From Methylococcaceae bacterium UBA7658 (GTDB lineage: Bacteria; Pseudomonadota; Gammaproteobacteria; Methylococcales; Methylomonadaceae): a DNA stretch of 64,000 nucleotides. The stretch is taken from contig DLHW01000071.1 in the NCBI GenBank assembly GCA_002483425.1, positions 29,163-93,162 on the forward strand. Reading direction: 5' to 3'. The notes beneath the pieces were generated by a model. The model had not been told where the DNA came from and made no database searches. It was given only the letters and a program-made list of their open reading frames with translations. Both the position numbers and the translations under genes were made by a program. Of the stretch, positions 9,781-19,693 are shown one piece after another (the first letter of the stretch is position 1; every line of letters begins with the position of its first letter).

Positions 9781-9914
9781 TGTTTGCAAAACTACAAGGC
9801 GGCTGTGATCCGGCGCCGGGCGGGCGTACTCGGTATCCTCATATGCCCGGTGTATACTGGCTCCTACGTTTCCTCCCTTCTCATCCGGCAGCCGTTTGAT
9901 ATGTTTTGCAAACA
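9781..9914. repeat. Long imperfect inverted repeat / candidate structured leader upstream of the MgtC-family gene
   Basis: TGTTTGCAAAAC (9781-9792) is the exact reverse complement of GTTTTGCAAACA (9903-9914). The pairing is extended by CGGCTG (9800-9805)/CAGCCG (9889-9894) and CCGG/CCGG. A competing partner GTTTTGCA sits at 9760-9767. Confidence 0.6.
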
Positions 9915-10019
9915 ACTTCAGATACAATTACCAACCTAACCGTCAAGATTGCTCTGGTAGTCTGGCAGTTGCGGCCTTTTATGGCGATAGTGCAAAATTA
10001 ATCGGGAGTACCGGATAGG

Positions 10020-11294
10020 ATGTTTGAGCTACAGAACTTTAAGCTCCTAGGCATCACTTTGGCAATCGGCCTGTTGATTGGGCTGGAACGTGGCTGGCAT
10101 ACGCGCGATAAAGCCGAAGGGATGCGCATCGCCGGGTTGCGCACTTACGGTTTGATTGCGTTGCTGGGCGGGCTATGGGGTATTCTTGCCCAGCAAACGG
10201 GTATTTTGTTAATAGGTTTCGCTTTTCTGTCGTTGACGATAGTACTCTTGGTCGCATACGGTAAAAGCTTGGACAAGTTCGAAGATTACGGCATCACCAG
10301 CGTAATCGCCTGTTTGATTACTTTCACCTTGGGGGCTTTGACGGTATTCGGTCATACCACATTGGCGTCCGCCAGCGCCGTCGTCATAACGATTTTGCTG
10401 GGCTTTAAGCCCTTGCTGCACGGCTGGATGAACAAGCTGGAGCAGCACGAACTGGAAGCGACCTTAAAGTTGCTGCTGATTTCCGTGGTCATGCTGCCGG
10501 TCTTGCCGGATCGCGGTTTCGGACCTTGGGCGGCGCTCAATCCGTACCTGATCTGGTGGATGGTGGTGTTAATAGCCGGTATTTCGTACCTGGGTTATTT
10601 CGCCATCAAAATGGTCGGCAACCGGCACGGCCCAGTGTTGACCGGCGTATTCGGCGGTTTAGTTTCCTCCAGCGCAGTCACACTGAATTTGGCGCGCTTG
10701 TCCAAGACTTTTCCCACGATGATCAATGCTTTATCGGCAGGTATATTGACGGCTTGCGCCACCATGTTCGTCCGTACTTTATTGTTGGCTTCGATCATCA
10801 ATGCAGCGCTTTTTCTCAGACTATTTCCGGCTTTGGCTATTATGGGTTTAGTCACCTATTCGACGGCCTATCTGTTATGGAAAAAGGGAGAATTCGAAGA
10901 CAATCAGGACGACAATAAGGACATTCAGCTTGAAAATCCTTTCCAGCTTGGAATGGCGATAAAGTTCAGTGCGTTTTTAGCCAGCATTTTGCTTCTCGCC
11001 AAACTGCTGCAAGCCTATTTCGGGAATTTGGGCGCTTACGTTCTGGCCGCAACGTCAGGTTTGGCTGATGTCGATCCGATTACCTTGTCGATGTCGCAAG
11101 CGAGTAAGGAGGGGCTGACGCTGGAGGTGGCGGCGCAGGCAATACTCATCGCGGTGGTAGTTAATTCCGTGGTCAAAAGTATCATGGCTATGGCCGTCGG
11201 CACAAAAGCCTTGGGCTGGCGGGTCGGGGCGGCTCTCGTATTCGCCCTGATTATTGGTGTCGCCGCCGATTTAAACAGCGGCGAGTTATTCTGA
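10020..11294 (+). CDS. MgtC/SapB-family membrane protein with C-terminal DUF4010-like domain
   Basis: 424 aa and polytopic. N-terminal LAIGLLIGLERGWH motif of MgtC/SapB. The long second hydrophobic half matches MgtC-DUF4010 fusions. Confidence 0.75.
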   Translation: MFELQNFKLLGITLAIGLLIGLERGWHTRDKAEGMRIAGLRTYGLIALLGGLWGILAQQTGILLIGFAFLSLTIVLLVAYGKSLDKFEDYGITSVIACLITFTLGALTVFGHTTLASASAVVITILLGFKPLLHGWMNKLEQHELEATLKLLLISVVMLPVLPDRGFGPWAALNPYLIWWMVVLIAGISYLGYFAIKMVGNRHGPVLTGVFGGLVSSSAVTLNLARLSKTFPTMINALSAGILTACATMFVRTLLLASIINAALFLRLFPALAIMGLVTYSTAYLLWKKGEFEDNQDDNKDIQLENPFQLGMAIKFSAFLASILLLAKLLQAYFGNLGAYVLAATSGLADVDPITLSMSQASKEGLTLEVAAQAILIAVVVNSVVKSIMAMAVGTKALGWRVGAALVFALIIGVAADLNSGELF

Positions 11295-11306
11295 TTGAAC
11301 GGAATC

Positions 11307-11816
11307 TTATTGTCCGCTACCGGTGACCGGTTCCGGATTGGCAGGTTGTTCGCCGCCCAAACCTTTGCCGATTGCTTCGCCGACGCCTTTCATCGCATCG
11401 CCCATCGCTTTTCCCATGCCTTCCATCATATCTTGCATGGAAAATCCCATGATCGACGTTGTAGTCTTTTCAAAATCCACTTTCCATTCGCCGTCTTCCT
11501 GCTCAAGCACCGTATTGAACGACGTGGTTTTTTGTTCGCCGTTTTGAGTGGCGGTGACAGTGGTCGGCACCACGGTTAAGCCGTTTACTACTTTGGACGG
11601 CTTGATATCGATTTTATCCATGGTGGAATCGTCATTAGGCGTAACGCTATCCATCGTGCCTTTTTTGGCGTAGGTTTTGGCCTTATTAAGGTCTTTCGCC
11701 GCCATCGCGGACCAGAAATCGAGCGCTACTTCCTGCTCCGAGAGGTGTTTTCCTCCGCAAGCGGCAAGTAAAATGCAAAGTCCGATAACGCCATAAAATT
11801 TAACAAGCTTAACCAT
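11307..11816 (-). CDS. Lipoprotein with Met/Gly-rich C-terminal tail
   Basis: Start taken at the internal ATG 11816, preceded by AGGGGA. Signal plus lipobox (LLAAC). NTF2/DUF4878-like body (FWSAMAAKDLNKAKTYA). The tail is IMGFSMQDMMEGMGKAMGDAMKGVGEAIGKG. Confidence 0.7.
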   Translation of the reverse strand: MVKLVKFYGVIGLCILLAACGGKHLSEQEVALDFWSAMAAKDLNKAKTYAKKGTMDSVTPNDDSTMDKIDIKPSKVVNGLTVVPTTVTATQNGEQKTTSFNTVLEQEDGEWKVDFEKTTTSIMGFSMQDMMEGMGKAMGDAMKGVGEAIGKGLGGEQPANPEPVTGSGQ

Positions 11817-12196
11817 ACTATCCCCTAAAAGTGCGATTTCACGAAAGGTTCTATATTCCGCCCTATTGTAGGCAGGCAGATGCAAATGGGCAACGCTTTA
11901 CGTCAATTTCCGTGCTATTAGGGTTTGGTTGAGACTTAATTTAACATTGGAAACAAGACCGAAATTGTAGATTATACGCCGCCTTAACTAGGTTGTTTCG
12001 CTAATTTAATGAGCAAGCAATTAGATTGAATCGTAATACATTTCATCTAATTGACCACTAAATGTCACTGTATTTTCATATTTAACCTTTACATTCGAAG
12101 CAATCAGCAGACGACGGATATCGCCCCCCACTTCGCTTGCCTGATAGAAAAAACAAAAACCATTACCTGCTACGACGATAAATACAAGGATCACTT

Positions 12197-15100
12197 ATGG
12201 CTGCAAAACACAACGACAGTCGGTCTCGAACTAAAGCAAAACTCCCTTTTAAAGCATGCCGCAATTTATTATTGTTAACGCTTGCCGGAATTGGAAATCA
12301 AGCTTTTGCCGACCCTTTCATTTCAGAATATGTCGAAGGATCCAGCAATAACAAAGCGCTGGAGATCTTCAATCCCGATACCTCCAGCTTCGATTTGACT
12401 AATTGCCAAATCAAAATGTATTTCAACGGTTCGACGACGGCAACCATCGCCCACACCTTTGCCAGCGGAACGCTTGCCTCGGGCGACGTATTTGTCTTAG
12501 CTAACCCATTATCAACAGCACCTTTGCTGGCATTGGCCGACGCAACTACCGCTTCAAGCACATGGTTCAATGGCGATGACGCGGTTGAACTAGTATGCCC
12601 AAACGGAACAAAAGACATAATTGGACAAATCGGGCTCGATCCGGGTGCCGAATGGGGAACGGGATTGGTCAGCATGGCTGACAATACCATCCGCCGCAAA
12701 AGTGCCGTTTGTGCGGGCGATGTTGACGGCTCAAACGCATTTGATCCAGCGCCTGAATGGGACGGCCTTGCGGTCGACACGTTCGACGGCCTAGGCAGCC
12801 ATAACGCGAACTGCAGCACGACACCCAGCGTTAATCTGTCGGTCAGCGCCAATAGCAGTAGCGAAACCGACACGACTGTGATTACCGTAACGGCAACTGC
12901 TTCGTCTGCAGTCAGCGGCGATCAAACCGTCGATCTAACGGTCAGCGGCACAGGCATCGATGCAGGCGATTATTCGTTAACCAACATCACTATCGCTATT
13001 CTGGGTGGAACGACGACCGGTTCCGTTACCTTTACTGTGGTGGACGACGCTTTAGTAGAAGGCAGCGAAACCGCAACTTTGACAATCGGCAACCCCTCAA
13101 CCGGCATCACACTAGGTTCAGCCCTTGCTCAAATCATCGCCATTACCGACAACGATGCGGCAATTCCACCGGGCGTTACCGTCACTCAAAGCGGCGGCAA
13201 TACAGCAATTGCGGAAGGCGGCGCGACCGATTCTTACACCCTAGTCCTGAATGCCCAGCCAAGTGCCGACGTAACGATTAACGTTGAGGCCGATGCGCAA
13301 TTGAGTGTCGATAACGCCGCGTTGACATTTACAACAGCAAATTGGAACGTTCCGCAAACGGTTACCGTAACGGCGCTTGACGATGCCGTGTTCGAAGGCA
13401 GTCACACGGGCGCCATTAGCCATGTCGTATCAAGCACAGACGCTGGGTATAACGGTATCGGTGTTACCGGTATTGTTGCCAATATCACCGATAACGACCC
13501 GGAACCGGGCACCGCTTGCGGCGATCCGGCGACGAAAATTTCGGCAGTTCAAGGTAGCGGTCCTATCACCCCGATGAACGGCATCGCCAACACCCGCATC
13601 GAAGGGGTTGTGGTTGGCGATTACCAAGGCGCCAGCAATAATTCGTTGCGCGGTTTCTTCGTGCAAGAAGAAGATACGGATGATGACGGCAATCCGGCAA
13701 CGTCGGAAGGTATCTTCGTATTCGATGGCAATACCGCCTTGGCAAGCGTCAACGTCGGTGATCGCGTTCGGGTAACCGGAACGCCTGCCGAGTTCTTCAA
13801 TATGACGCAAATCGGTACCGTAACCAATGTACAAGTTTGCGCCACCCATCAAGACATACCGACGCCTGCGGCCTTGACCTTGCCCGTGCCCGGTATTCCG
13901 AGCGGCGACCTGACATTGGCGAACGATGCCGTCAATGCTTACTATGAACCGTTTGAAGGCATGATGGTGACTATTCCATCCACCTTAAAAGTGTCGGAAT
14001 ATTTCGAATTGGAACGCTACGGCCAGTTGGTGCTGACACAAGGTGGACGGATCGCTTCATTCACAAATGTTAACAAACCCAGCGCAAGCGGTTTCATTAA
14101 TCACCAAATCGAATTGGCAAAACGTCAAATCATTCTGGACGATAAAAATAATATCCAGAACTTTGCGCTCAGCAACAATCAACCACTGCCTTATCCGACT
14201 GGTGGCCTGAGTCTGACCAACCGCTTCCGTGGCGGCGATGAGATCAGCCATTTAACCGGTGTGCTGCACTGGTCGTTCGCCGGTCAAACCGGTACCGACG
14301 CTTGGCGTATCCGTCCGGTCGAAGAATTGTTCGATTACCTCTTTACTTCGGCCAATCCACGAAAACCGTTGGCGCCAAATACCCGCGGAACCTTAAAAGT
14401 GGCTAGCTTTAACGTCTTGAACTACTTTACGACAGTCGATACGACGGCAAGTTCGACATCAGGCCCATGCGGCCCTGACGGAGTACAAGACTGCCGTGGG
14501 GCGGATTCGACGGCGGAAGTAACCAGGCAAACCGATAAAGCGGCGGCGGCTTTATGCGGCATGAATGCCGACATTGTTGGTTTGATGGAAATCGAAAATA
14601 ACGCCTCTGATTCACTGTCGGCATTGGTAACTGCCGCCAACTTAAAAACTGGTTGCGGACCTTACGATTTCGTCAACACCGGCACCATCGGCGGCGATGC
14701 GATCAAAGTCGGCTTGCTTTACAAAACCACGACTGTATCGCCATCAGGTTTGCACGCCTTGTTGAATACAGCGGTCGATCCCCGTTTTATCGATACCAAA
14801 AACCGGCCGACTTTGGCGCAAACTTTCACCGAAATCGCATCCGGCGAGAAGTTGACGGTTGCGGTTAACCACCTGAAATCCAAAGGTTCCGACTGTTTAG
14901 ACGTGGGTGATCCCGACTTGAACGACGGTCAAGGCAACTGTAGCCAGACCCGGAAAAATGCGGCTTTGGCTATGATGGACTGGCTGGCGGCCGACCCGAC
15001 CGGCAGCGGCGATCAGGATTTCTTGATTATCGGCGATTTGAACAGCTATGCTTTGGAAGAAACCATCGATACGGTTGAAAAAGGCGCGGACGATACGCTG

Positions 15101-15808
15101 AACACACTGGACGATTACACCAACTTGGTAAAATTGTTTGGTGGTGCAGGCGCGTATTCGTACGTGTTTGACGGTCAAACCGGTTATCTCGACCATGCCT
15201 TAGCCAGCAAGAGTTTGCTCAGCCAAGTGACCAGCACTGCCGATTGGCACATCAACTCGGACGAACCGCCGTCTTTCGATTACAACGATACGATCAGAGA
15301 CACGGGCGAAGCCAGCTTTGAAGCCAAACCTGCGCGTTTGCCGTTGTACGCAGCTAATCAGTACCGTACGTCGGACCACGATCCGGTCGTTGTCGGCTTA
15401 AGGCTAGGTCAAACGATCAACATCATTAACGGCACCAAAACTGCAAACGTGTTGACCGGCACATCAGGCAAAGACCGGATAACCGGCTTCGGCGGCGCCG
15501 ATTCCATCACCGGTGGATTGGGCAATGACGATTTTGTCTACACGGCGTTTATTGAAGGCGCTGACACAATAACCGATTTTAGGTTTTTGCAAGATAAGAT
15601 CGTATTAACTGCTTTACTGCAAGCTGTACAGTATCAAGGTAACAATCCGATCATTGACGGTTATGTTAAGTTCGACGTTTCCGGCGTCAACACCATCATT
15701 TCAATCGATAGCGACGGTAACGCAGGGCCTCTCGGTAAACGGAAATTGGTGACTGTTAACAACATCAGTATCAACATCTTAAAAAACGCGGCTAATTTCG
15801 TTTTTTAA
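12197..15808 (+). CDS. ExeM/NucH-family extracellular endonuclease (LTD + Calx-beta-like repeats + EEP nuclease + RTX C-terminus)
   Basis: 1203 aa. Signal peptide. N-terminal lamin-tail-type motif FISEYVEGSSNNKALEIFN. Repeated VTVTA...DD...EG modules. An endonuclease/exonuclease/phosphatase region (KVASFNVLNYF ... SDHDPVVV). C-terminal GGxGxD repeats (GKDRITGFGGADSITGGLGNDDF). Confidence 0.85.
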   Translation: MAAKHNDSRSRTKAKLPFKACRNLLLLTLAGIGNQAFADPFISEYVEGSSNNKALEIFNPDTSSFDLTNCQIKMYFNGSTTATIAHTFASGTLASGDVFVLANPLSTAPLLALADATTASSTWFNGDDAVELVCPNGTKDIIGQIGLDPGAEWGTGLVSMADNTIRRKSAVCAGDVDGSNAFDPAPEWDGLAVDTFDGLGSHNANCSTTPSVNLSVSANSSSETDTTVITVTATASSAVSGDQTVDLTVSGTGIDAGDYSLTNITIAILGGTTTGSVTFTVVDDALVEGSETATLTIGNPSTGITLGSALAQIIAITDNDAAIPPGVTVTQSGGNTAIAEGGATDSYTLVLNAQPSADVTINVEADAQLSVDNAALTFTTANWNVPQTVTVTALDDAVFEGSHTGAISHVVSSTDAGYNGIGVTGIVANITDNDPEPGTACGDPATKISAVQGSGPITPMNGIANTRIEGVVVGDYQGASNNSLRGFFVQEEDTDDDGNPATSEGIFVFDGNTALASVNVGDRVRVTGTPAEFFNMTQIGTVTNVQVCATHQDIPTPAALTLPVPGIPSGDLTLANDAVNAYYEPFEGMMVTIPSTLKVSEYFELERYGQLVLTQGGRIASFTNVNKPSASGFINHQIELAKRQIILDDKNNIQNFALSNNQPLPYPTGGLSLTNRFRGGDEISHLTGVLHWSFAGQTGTDAWRIRPVEELFDYLFTSANPRKPLAPNTRGTLKVASFNVLNYFTTVDTTASSTSGPCGPDGVQDCRGADSTAEVTRQTDKAAAALCGMNADIVGLMEIENNASDSLSALVTAANLKTGCGPYDFVNTGTIGGDAIKVGLLYKTTTVSPSGLHALLNTAVDPRFIDTKNRPTLAQTFTEIASGEKLTVAVNHLKSKGSDCLDVGDPDLNDGQGNCSQTRKNAALAMMDWLAADPTGSGDQDFLIIGDLNSYALEETIDTVEKGADDTLNTLDDYTNLVKLFGGAGAYSYVFDGQTGYLDHALASKSLLSQVTSTADWHINSDEPPSFDYNDTIRDTGEASFEAKPARLPLYAANQYRTSDHDPVVVGLRLGQTINIINGTKTANVLTGTSGKDRITGFGGADSITGGLGNDDFVYTAFIEGADTITDFRFLQDKIVLTALLQAVQYQGNNPIIDGYVKFDVSGVNTIISIDSDGNAGPLGKRKLVTVNNISINILKNAANFVF

Positions 15809-15832
15809 ACAGGTTACAACTTCGTCAGTTTG

Positions 15833-15864
15833 TTTGCCGTCCTTTCCGGGGAAAGGACGGCAAA
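15833..15864 (+). terminator. GC-rich hairpin after the nuclease gene
   Basis: TTTGCCGTCCTTTCC...GGAAAGGACGGCAAA, a ~13-bp stem. No clear U-tail. Confidence 0.5.
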
Positions 15865-16820
15865 TGCGATATCATATTAATTTTACAATTTTCATGGGAA
15901 TCGCTATTTTTGCGAAAGCTTGTTTTGGATATTCCAGACCAAGCCAAGGGCAAAAAACTTAATGCGACCGCTTATGGTTGGACCACCCCATCCGTTCTGC
16001 TACTTACGTTTTATCATCCGAAGGTCACAAATAACCTAAAGGTCATCAGTGGCCGACAAGAAGCGCTAAACTTTTTACGAAATAACTCGACGCGATTTCG
16101 TATTGCTTTACATTTTCACTCCACAAACAGCGCTACGTGAAAACCTCCAGCTTCTGTCTCGCAGCGTGTGAAAAGAAATAGCAGGAGCATTGGGTGATTT
16201 TGGACGACCGATTACCATCGGTCGGGAACCAGTGCGAAAGGCGAGGATATGCCGAAAATTTTCCGCAAATCCACGGGTTATCGGCGCACTCTATTCAGGT
16301 GTACGAACCATGCGAGTTGCCTATTTGGTCGAATTATTGGGATTATTGCCCGCGTGATGAAAAAAGATTACCTTATCCGCTTGAATTATGTAGTTAATTT
16401 AGCAAATTATACTTATTCAAGTTTTCACACAATCTTTGAAAAATTAGAGCGGGTCGCTTGGGCGCAACAATTTAAGAATTTTCCCGGCTATAAGGATTTA
16501 CAGTTAAACGAAGGAGAGTGTTTACAAAAAGATAGACAAACCTAGGAAAAGTTAATTTATTTCAATTCGTTACAAAGAGATATTATTTTTTCTGAAAAAA
16601 TGTGAGTAATTGATTTTATATTGCTTATTTTCAAACCATTTATCTGTGCGTAAACACACACTCTCAAACGAAGATTAAATGAACATTCGGCTCATGATTT
16701 TTTGCGCCAGCTCATTTCAACTAAACTTCCCATTTCGCAACATTATCTTAATAATCTACTATTGTATTTATATGCACTGATATGTAATCCTCTCAATAAT
16801 CCTCAAACTTAAGCTCTATT

Positions 16821-18293
16821 ATGCCAATAACAGCACAGCGCAAATACGACTACTTAGTTTTGTTCATCATAGCCCTTGTATTATCAGGATGCGCTACCCC
16901 AGCACCTTCAACCAATGGCTCACATCCATGTCAATCGATTAGCGCCAATGCCTCTGACGATTTAAGCGCTTACAGCCTTTATATTAATTCAAGCGGCAAT
17001 CTTTACGATATCGATAAAAATCCTGTGCCTGATCCGAATGTTTATTTGGGGAAAATATTCGAAAACTATAACCAGGTTGTGAATGCCGACAACCGGATTC
17101 AAATGACTGTGTTTATTCATGGCGGTTTGAATACGTCAAAGAAGGTATCCGACAGAGTTGAAAGCCTATGGAAACCGATGCTTGCAGATTGTAAATACCC
17201 GGTGTTTATTTCATGGCGTTCGGGTTTTCCAAGCAATTATTTGGATCATCTCCTGTTTCTGAGGCGAGGCGAATACTCCAGTACAGGTGAACCCGGTTCG
17301 TTTTTTGACGGTATGTCTTCATTTATTAAAGGCCCGATGACATCGCCCTTTGTTCTCATGGAAGATACACTGCGGGCCGTATCCCGAATTCCGGCATCGA
17401 CTTACCATATCTTAGTTGATCAAAATATTACCGCTCAAAACATTGCTGATAACTATCTCTCTTCTAATGAAGATGAAGTTAGCCCTGATGTAAATAATTT
17501 CGATAGTATTCAATTACATATTAACCCTACGCGAGAAGACCAAGGGTTGACGTTCGAAGATGTCTGGAGTATCGGTAATCCGATGAAATTATTCACTGCA
17601 CCTTATGTAGACAGCTTGGGCTCTGGCGCCTGGAACTCAATGTTACGTAGGACTGACTTAGTTTTGTCTCGTGATAAGACTATATCAACGAGTCAAACGA
17701 ACGCTGTCGATCTTACTAATGATCCATTTCGGCAAGATTGCAAAATCACAATTAATGAATATCAGACCGCCGTATCGGAGTTCTTCCGTCAGTGGCAATG
17801 CCGGTATCCCAGCAAAGCAATCGACATTATCGGGCATAGTATGGGTTCTATTATTAGCAACAAGATCATAGCCAAGTATCCTGAAATCAAGTTTTCGCGG
17901 ATAGTCTACATGGCTGCCGCTTGTCCCTTAAAAGATATAGCTGAAGTTGTTAGTCCTTATCTGAATTATCATCCTGACTCGTTGTTCTATAACCTTTCAC
18001 TTGAAACGAAACGCGATCAATTTGAAAACTCTTCGTATGTCGATGTCGTGCCTCGTGGCAGTTTGCTCTGGTGGTTAGATAATACGATTGCAGACGTTAA
18101 TTCTTTTCAAGACAGGACGGCAGGTTACTGGCCGAATATTTATAAAGCTGCTCCGTTCATTTTTCCAGAGAAAATTCAACACCAAGTGCATTTAACCAAA
18201 TTTGGCATGGGAATAGATTCGCCGCAGACGCATGGAAGCTTCGGTGATTTCCCGTTTTGGCAGGAGCGCTTTTGGACCGGAAATCATGATTGA
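16821..18293 (+). CDS. Lipoprotein alpha/beta hydrolase (DUF900-like esterase/lipase)
   Basis: 490 aa. Lipobox LVLSGC. FIHGGLN...FISWRSG and the nucleophile elbow IIGHSMGS. Confidence 0.7.
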   Translation: MPITAQRKYDYLVLFIIALVLSGCATPAPSTNGSHPCQSISANASDDLSAYSLYINSSGNLYDIDKNPVPDPNVYLGKIFENYNQVVNADNRIQMTVFIHGGLNTSKKVSDRVESLWKPMLADCKYPVFISWRSGFPSNYLDHLLFLRRGEYSSTGEPGSFFDGMSSFIKGPMTSPFVLMEDTLRAVSRIPASTYHILVDQNITAQNIADNYLSSNEDEVSPDVNNFDSIQLHINPTREDQGLTFEDVWSIGNPMKLFTAPYVDSLGSGAWNSMLRRTDLVLSRDKTISTSQTNAVDLTNDPFRQDCKITINEYQTAVSEFFRQWQCRYPSKAIDIIGHSMGSIISNKIIAKYPEIKFSRIVYMAAACPLKDIAEVVSPYLNYHPDSLFYNLSLETKRDQFENSSYVDVVPRGSLLWWLDNTIADVNSFQDRTAGYWPNIYKAAPFIFPEKIQHQVHLTKFGMGIDSPQTHGSFGDFPFWQERFWTGNHD

Positions 18294-18377
18294 TGAGATT
18301 CATCCATGTTTAATACGCTTGTATTTATGATACGGATACTTTAGGAGCCTATAACGAGATCAATCGTTTGCCCGGCC

Positions 18378-19247
18378 TTAATCTTCGCTGATAAATGTCC
18401 GGTAACTTCTCGGAGGTCTGCCCAGTAGCTGGGTAAATCCACCGCTATCGCCGGTATTGCCGGCATTGAGCATCTTCAACGTATCGCTGCAAAAGGGGCT
18501 GGCGGAAATAAAATCGCCGATTCGTGCGGTGAGTCCGACTAAAAGCCCAGGAATACTGATATGCAAGGCGTTAGGGTGCCCCAGTTGTTGCCGGTAGCTA
18601 TCTAACATGCCGCGCATGTCGGTGGCTTCCTGGCCCACACAAGTCACGGTCTGTGATTGTGGATCTGGATCGGCAAGCCAACGGATAATTGCTTCACAAA
18701 TATCGTCGATATGGACGGGTTGAAGGCGCTGCTTTCCGCCAGCGGCTAAGGTATGCAATGGCAATCCCGCCAGCAAGCGAAATAGCTTGGCGCTCGCGCC
18801 GTCTTCCCCGTAGATGACGGAAGGTCTTAAAATGAGAAACCTCATATCTTCGGGCAAGGCGTTAAGGAAAGCTTCCGGCGCACGGCGAGTTTGGAAATAG
18901 GGCGTTTCGATGCCGCTGTCGATACCTAAGGCGGAAACCTGCACAATGCGTTTGACACTGGCTTCTTTACAAGCCGAAAATAAGGCGAGGGGCGTTTGTT
19001 CCAGCAACAGGTTCATGGGCTGGTTGGCGCTGTCGCGTAATACGCCCACCGCATTAATTACGACATCAATGCCCGCCAGCTTAGGCAACCAAGCTTCTGC
19101 AGTGGTATCTTTGCAATAATCGACTGCGATGTCCTCAGTCTGCGAAGGTTTGCGAATGCCTCGAATGACGGTGTGGCCTGCCGTCCGTAATGCGGCTGTT
19201 ACGTGTCGACCGACAAAGCCGCTTGCACCGTTGATTAATATTTTCAT
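18378..19247 (-). CDS. NAD(P)-binding SDR-family oxidoreductase (atypical epimerase/NDUFA9-like)
   Basis: 289 aa. N-terminal Rossmann motif MKILINGASGFVGRHV. GGAGAA SD. Confidence 0.8.
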   Translation of the reverse strand: MKILINGASGFVGRHVTAALRTAGHTVIRGIRKPSQTEDIAVDYCKDTTAEAWLPKLAGIDVVINAVGVLRDSANQPMNLLLEQTPLALFSACKEASVKRIVQVSALGIDSGIETPYFQTRRAPEAFLNALPEDMRFLILRPSVIYGEDGASAKLFRLLAGLPLHTLAAGGKQRLQPVHIDDICEAIIRWLADPDPQSQTVTCVGQEATDMRGMLDSYRQQLGHPNALHISIPGLLVGLTARIGDFISASPFCSDTLKMLNAGNTGDSGGFTQLLGRPPRSYRTFISED

Positions 19248-19294
19248 TGAATGTTTCTCCTAAGTTCTTGGTTATCTTGTGCTGGTCGCTGATC

Positions 19295-19621
19295 TTAATG
19301 AATAGTTCTAACGGTTTGACATCTTATTTCAAGCCTCAAGTGCAAATATGTCGGCACATACAAAATGCCGAAATAAAATATCTCCAACCCGGTTTTTACC
19401 GATAATTCAACACAGACAAAAGCAATGATTGACAGAGCAAAACCTGTCAAAGCGAATGCGGCTATGGCTTGATTAAGCTTTTTCCCTCTTTCGAATTGAC
19501 TGGATAACACATCAAAATAAATGTGCCATAAGGCATAGAAAGCGCAAAGTGCTAGTAGGCTGGATAAATTGCTCAGGGGAGAGTCCCCTGTGTTGGAAAT
19601 CAGAGAGCCGAGCATCAGCAT
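19295..19621 (-). CDS. Small integral membrane protein, hypothetical
   Basis: 108 aa with three predicted hydrophobic helices. Sits between the SDR and DCC genes on the same strand. Confidence 0.5.
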   Translation of the reverse strand: MLMLGSLISNTGDSPLSNLSSLLALCAFYALWHIYFDVLSSQFERGKKLNQAIAAFALTGFALSIIAFVCVELSVKTGLEIFYFGILYVPTYLHLRLEIRCQTVRTIH

Positions 19622-19693
19622 TGAACCAAAAAGACTAGGGAATAACAGGAGAAAACCTCAATACACGGCTCAGTATTTTCATGCTGGGCATCA

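Noticed and set aside
9712-9927. 71-aa minus-strand ORF in the metalloprotease-MgtC intergenic region.
   Set aside because: It coincides almost exactly with the long inverted repeat, so its open frame is best explained by that element. No SD.
12298-13852. Antisense ORFs of 191 aa (12298-12873) and 140 aa (13430-13852), plus smaller ones, inside the nuclease gene.
   Set aside because: They lie entirely within, and opposite to, a long gene with clear domain signatures. Their Ala/Ser/Pro-rich composition is typical of shadow frames. They have no SD.
15910-16545. ORFs of 76, 67 and 98 aa in the nuclease-hydrolase gap.
   Set aside because: They overlap one another, and have no SD and no recognisable motifs. 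I treat them as non-coding or possible debris.
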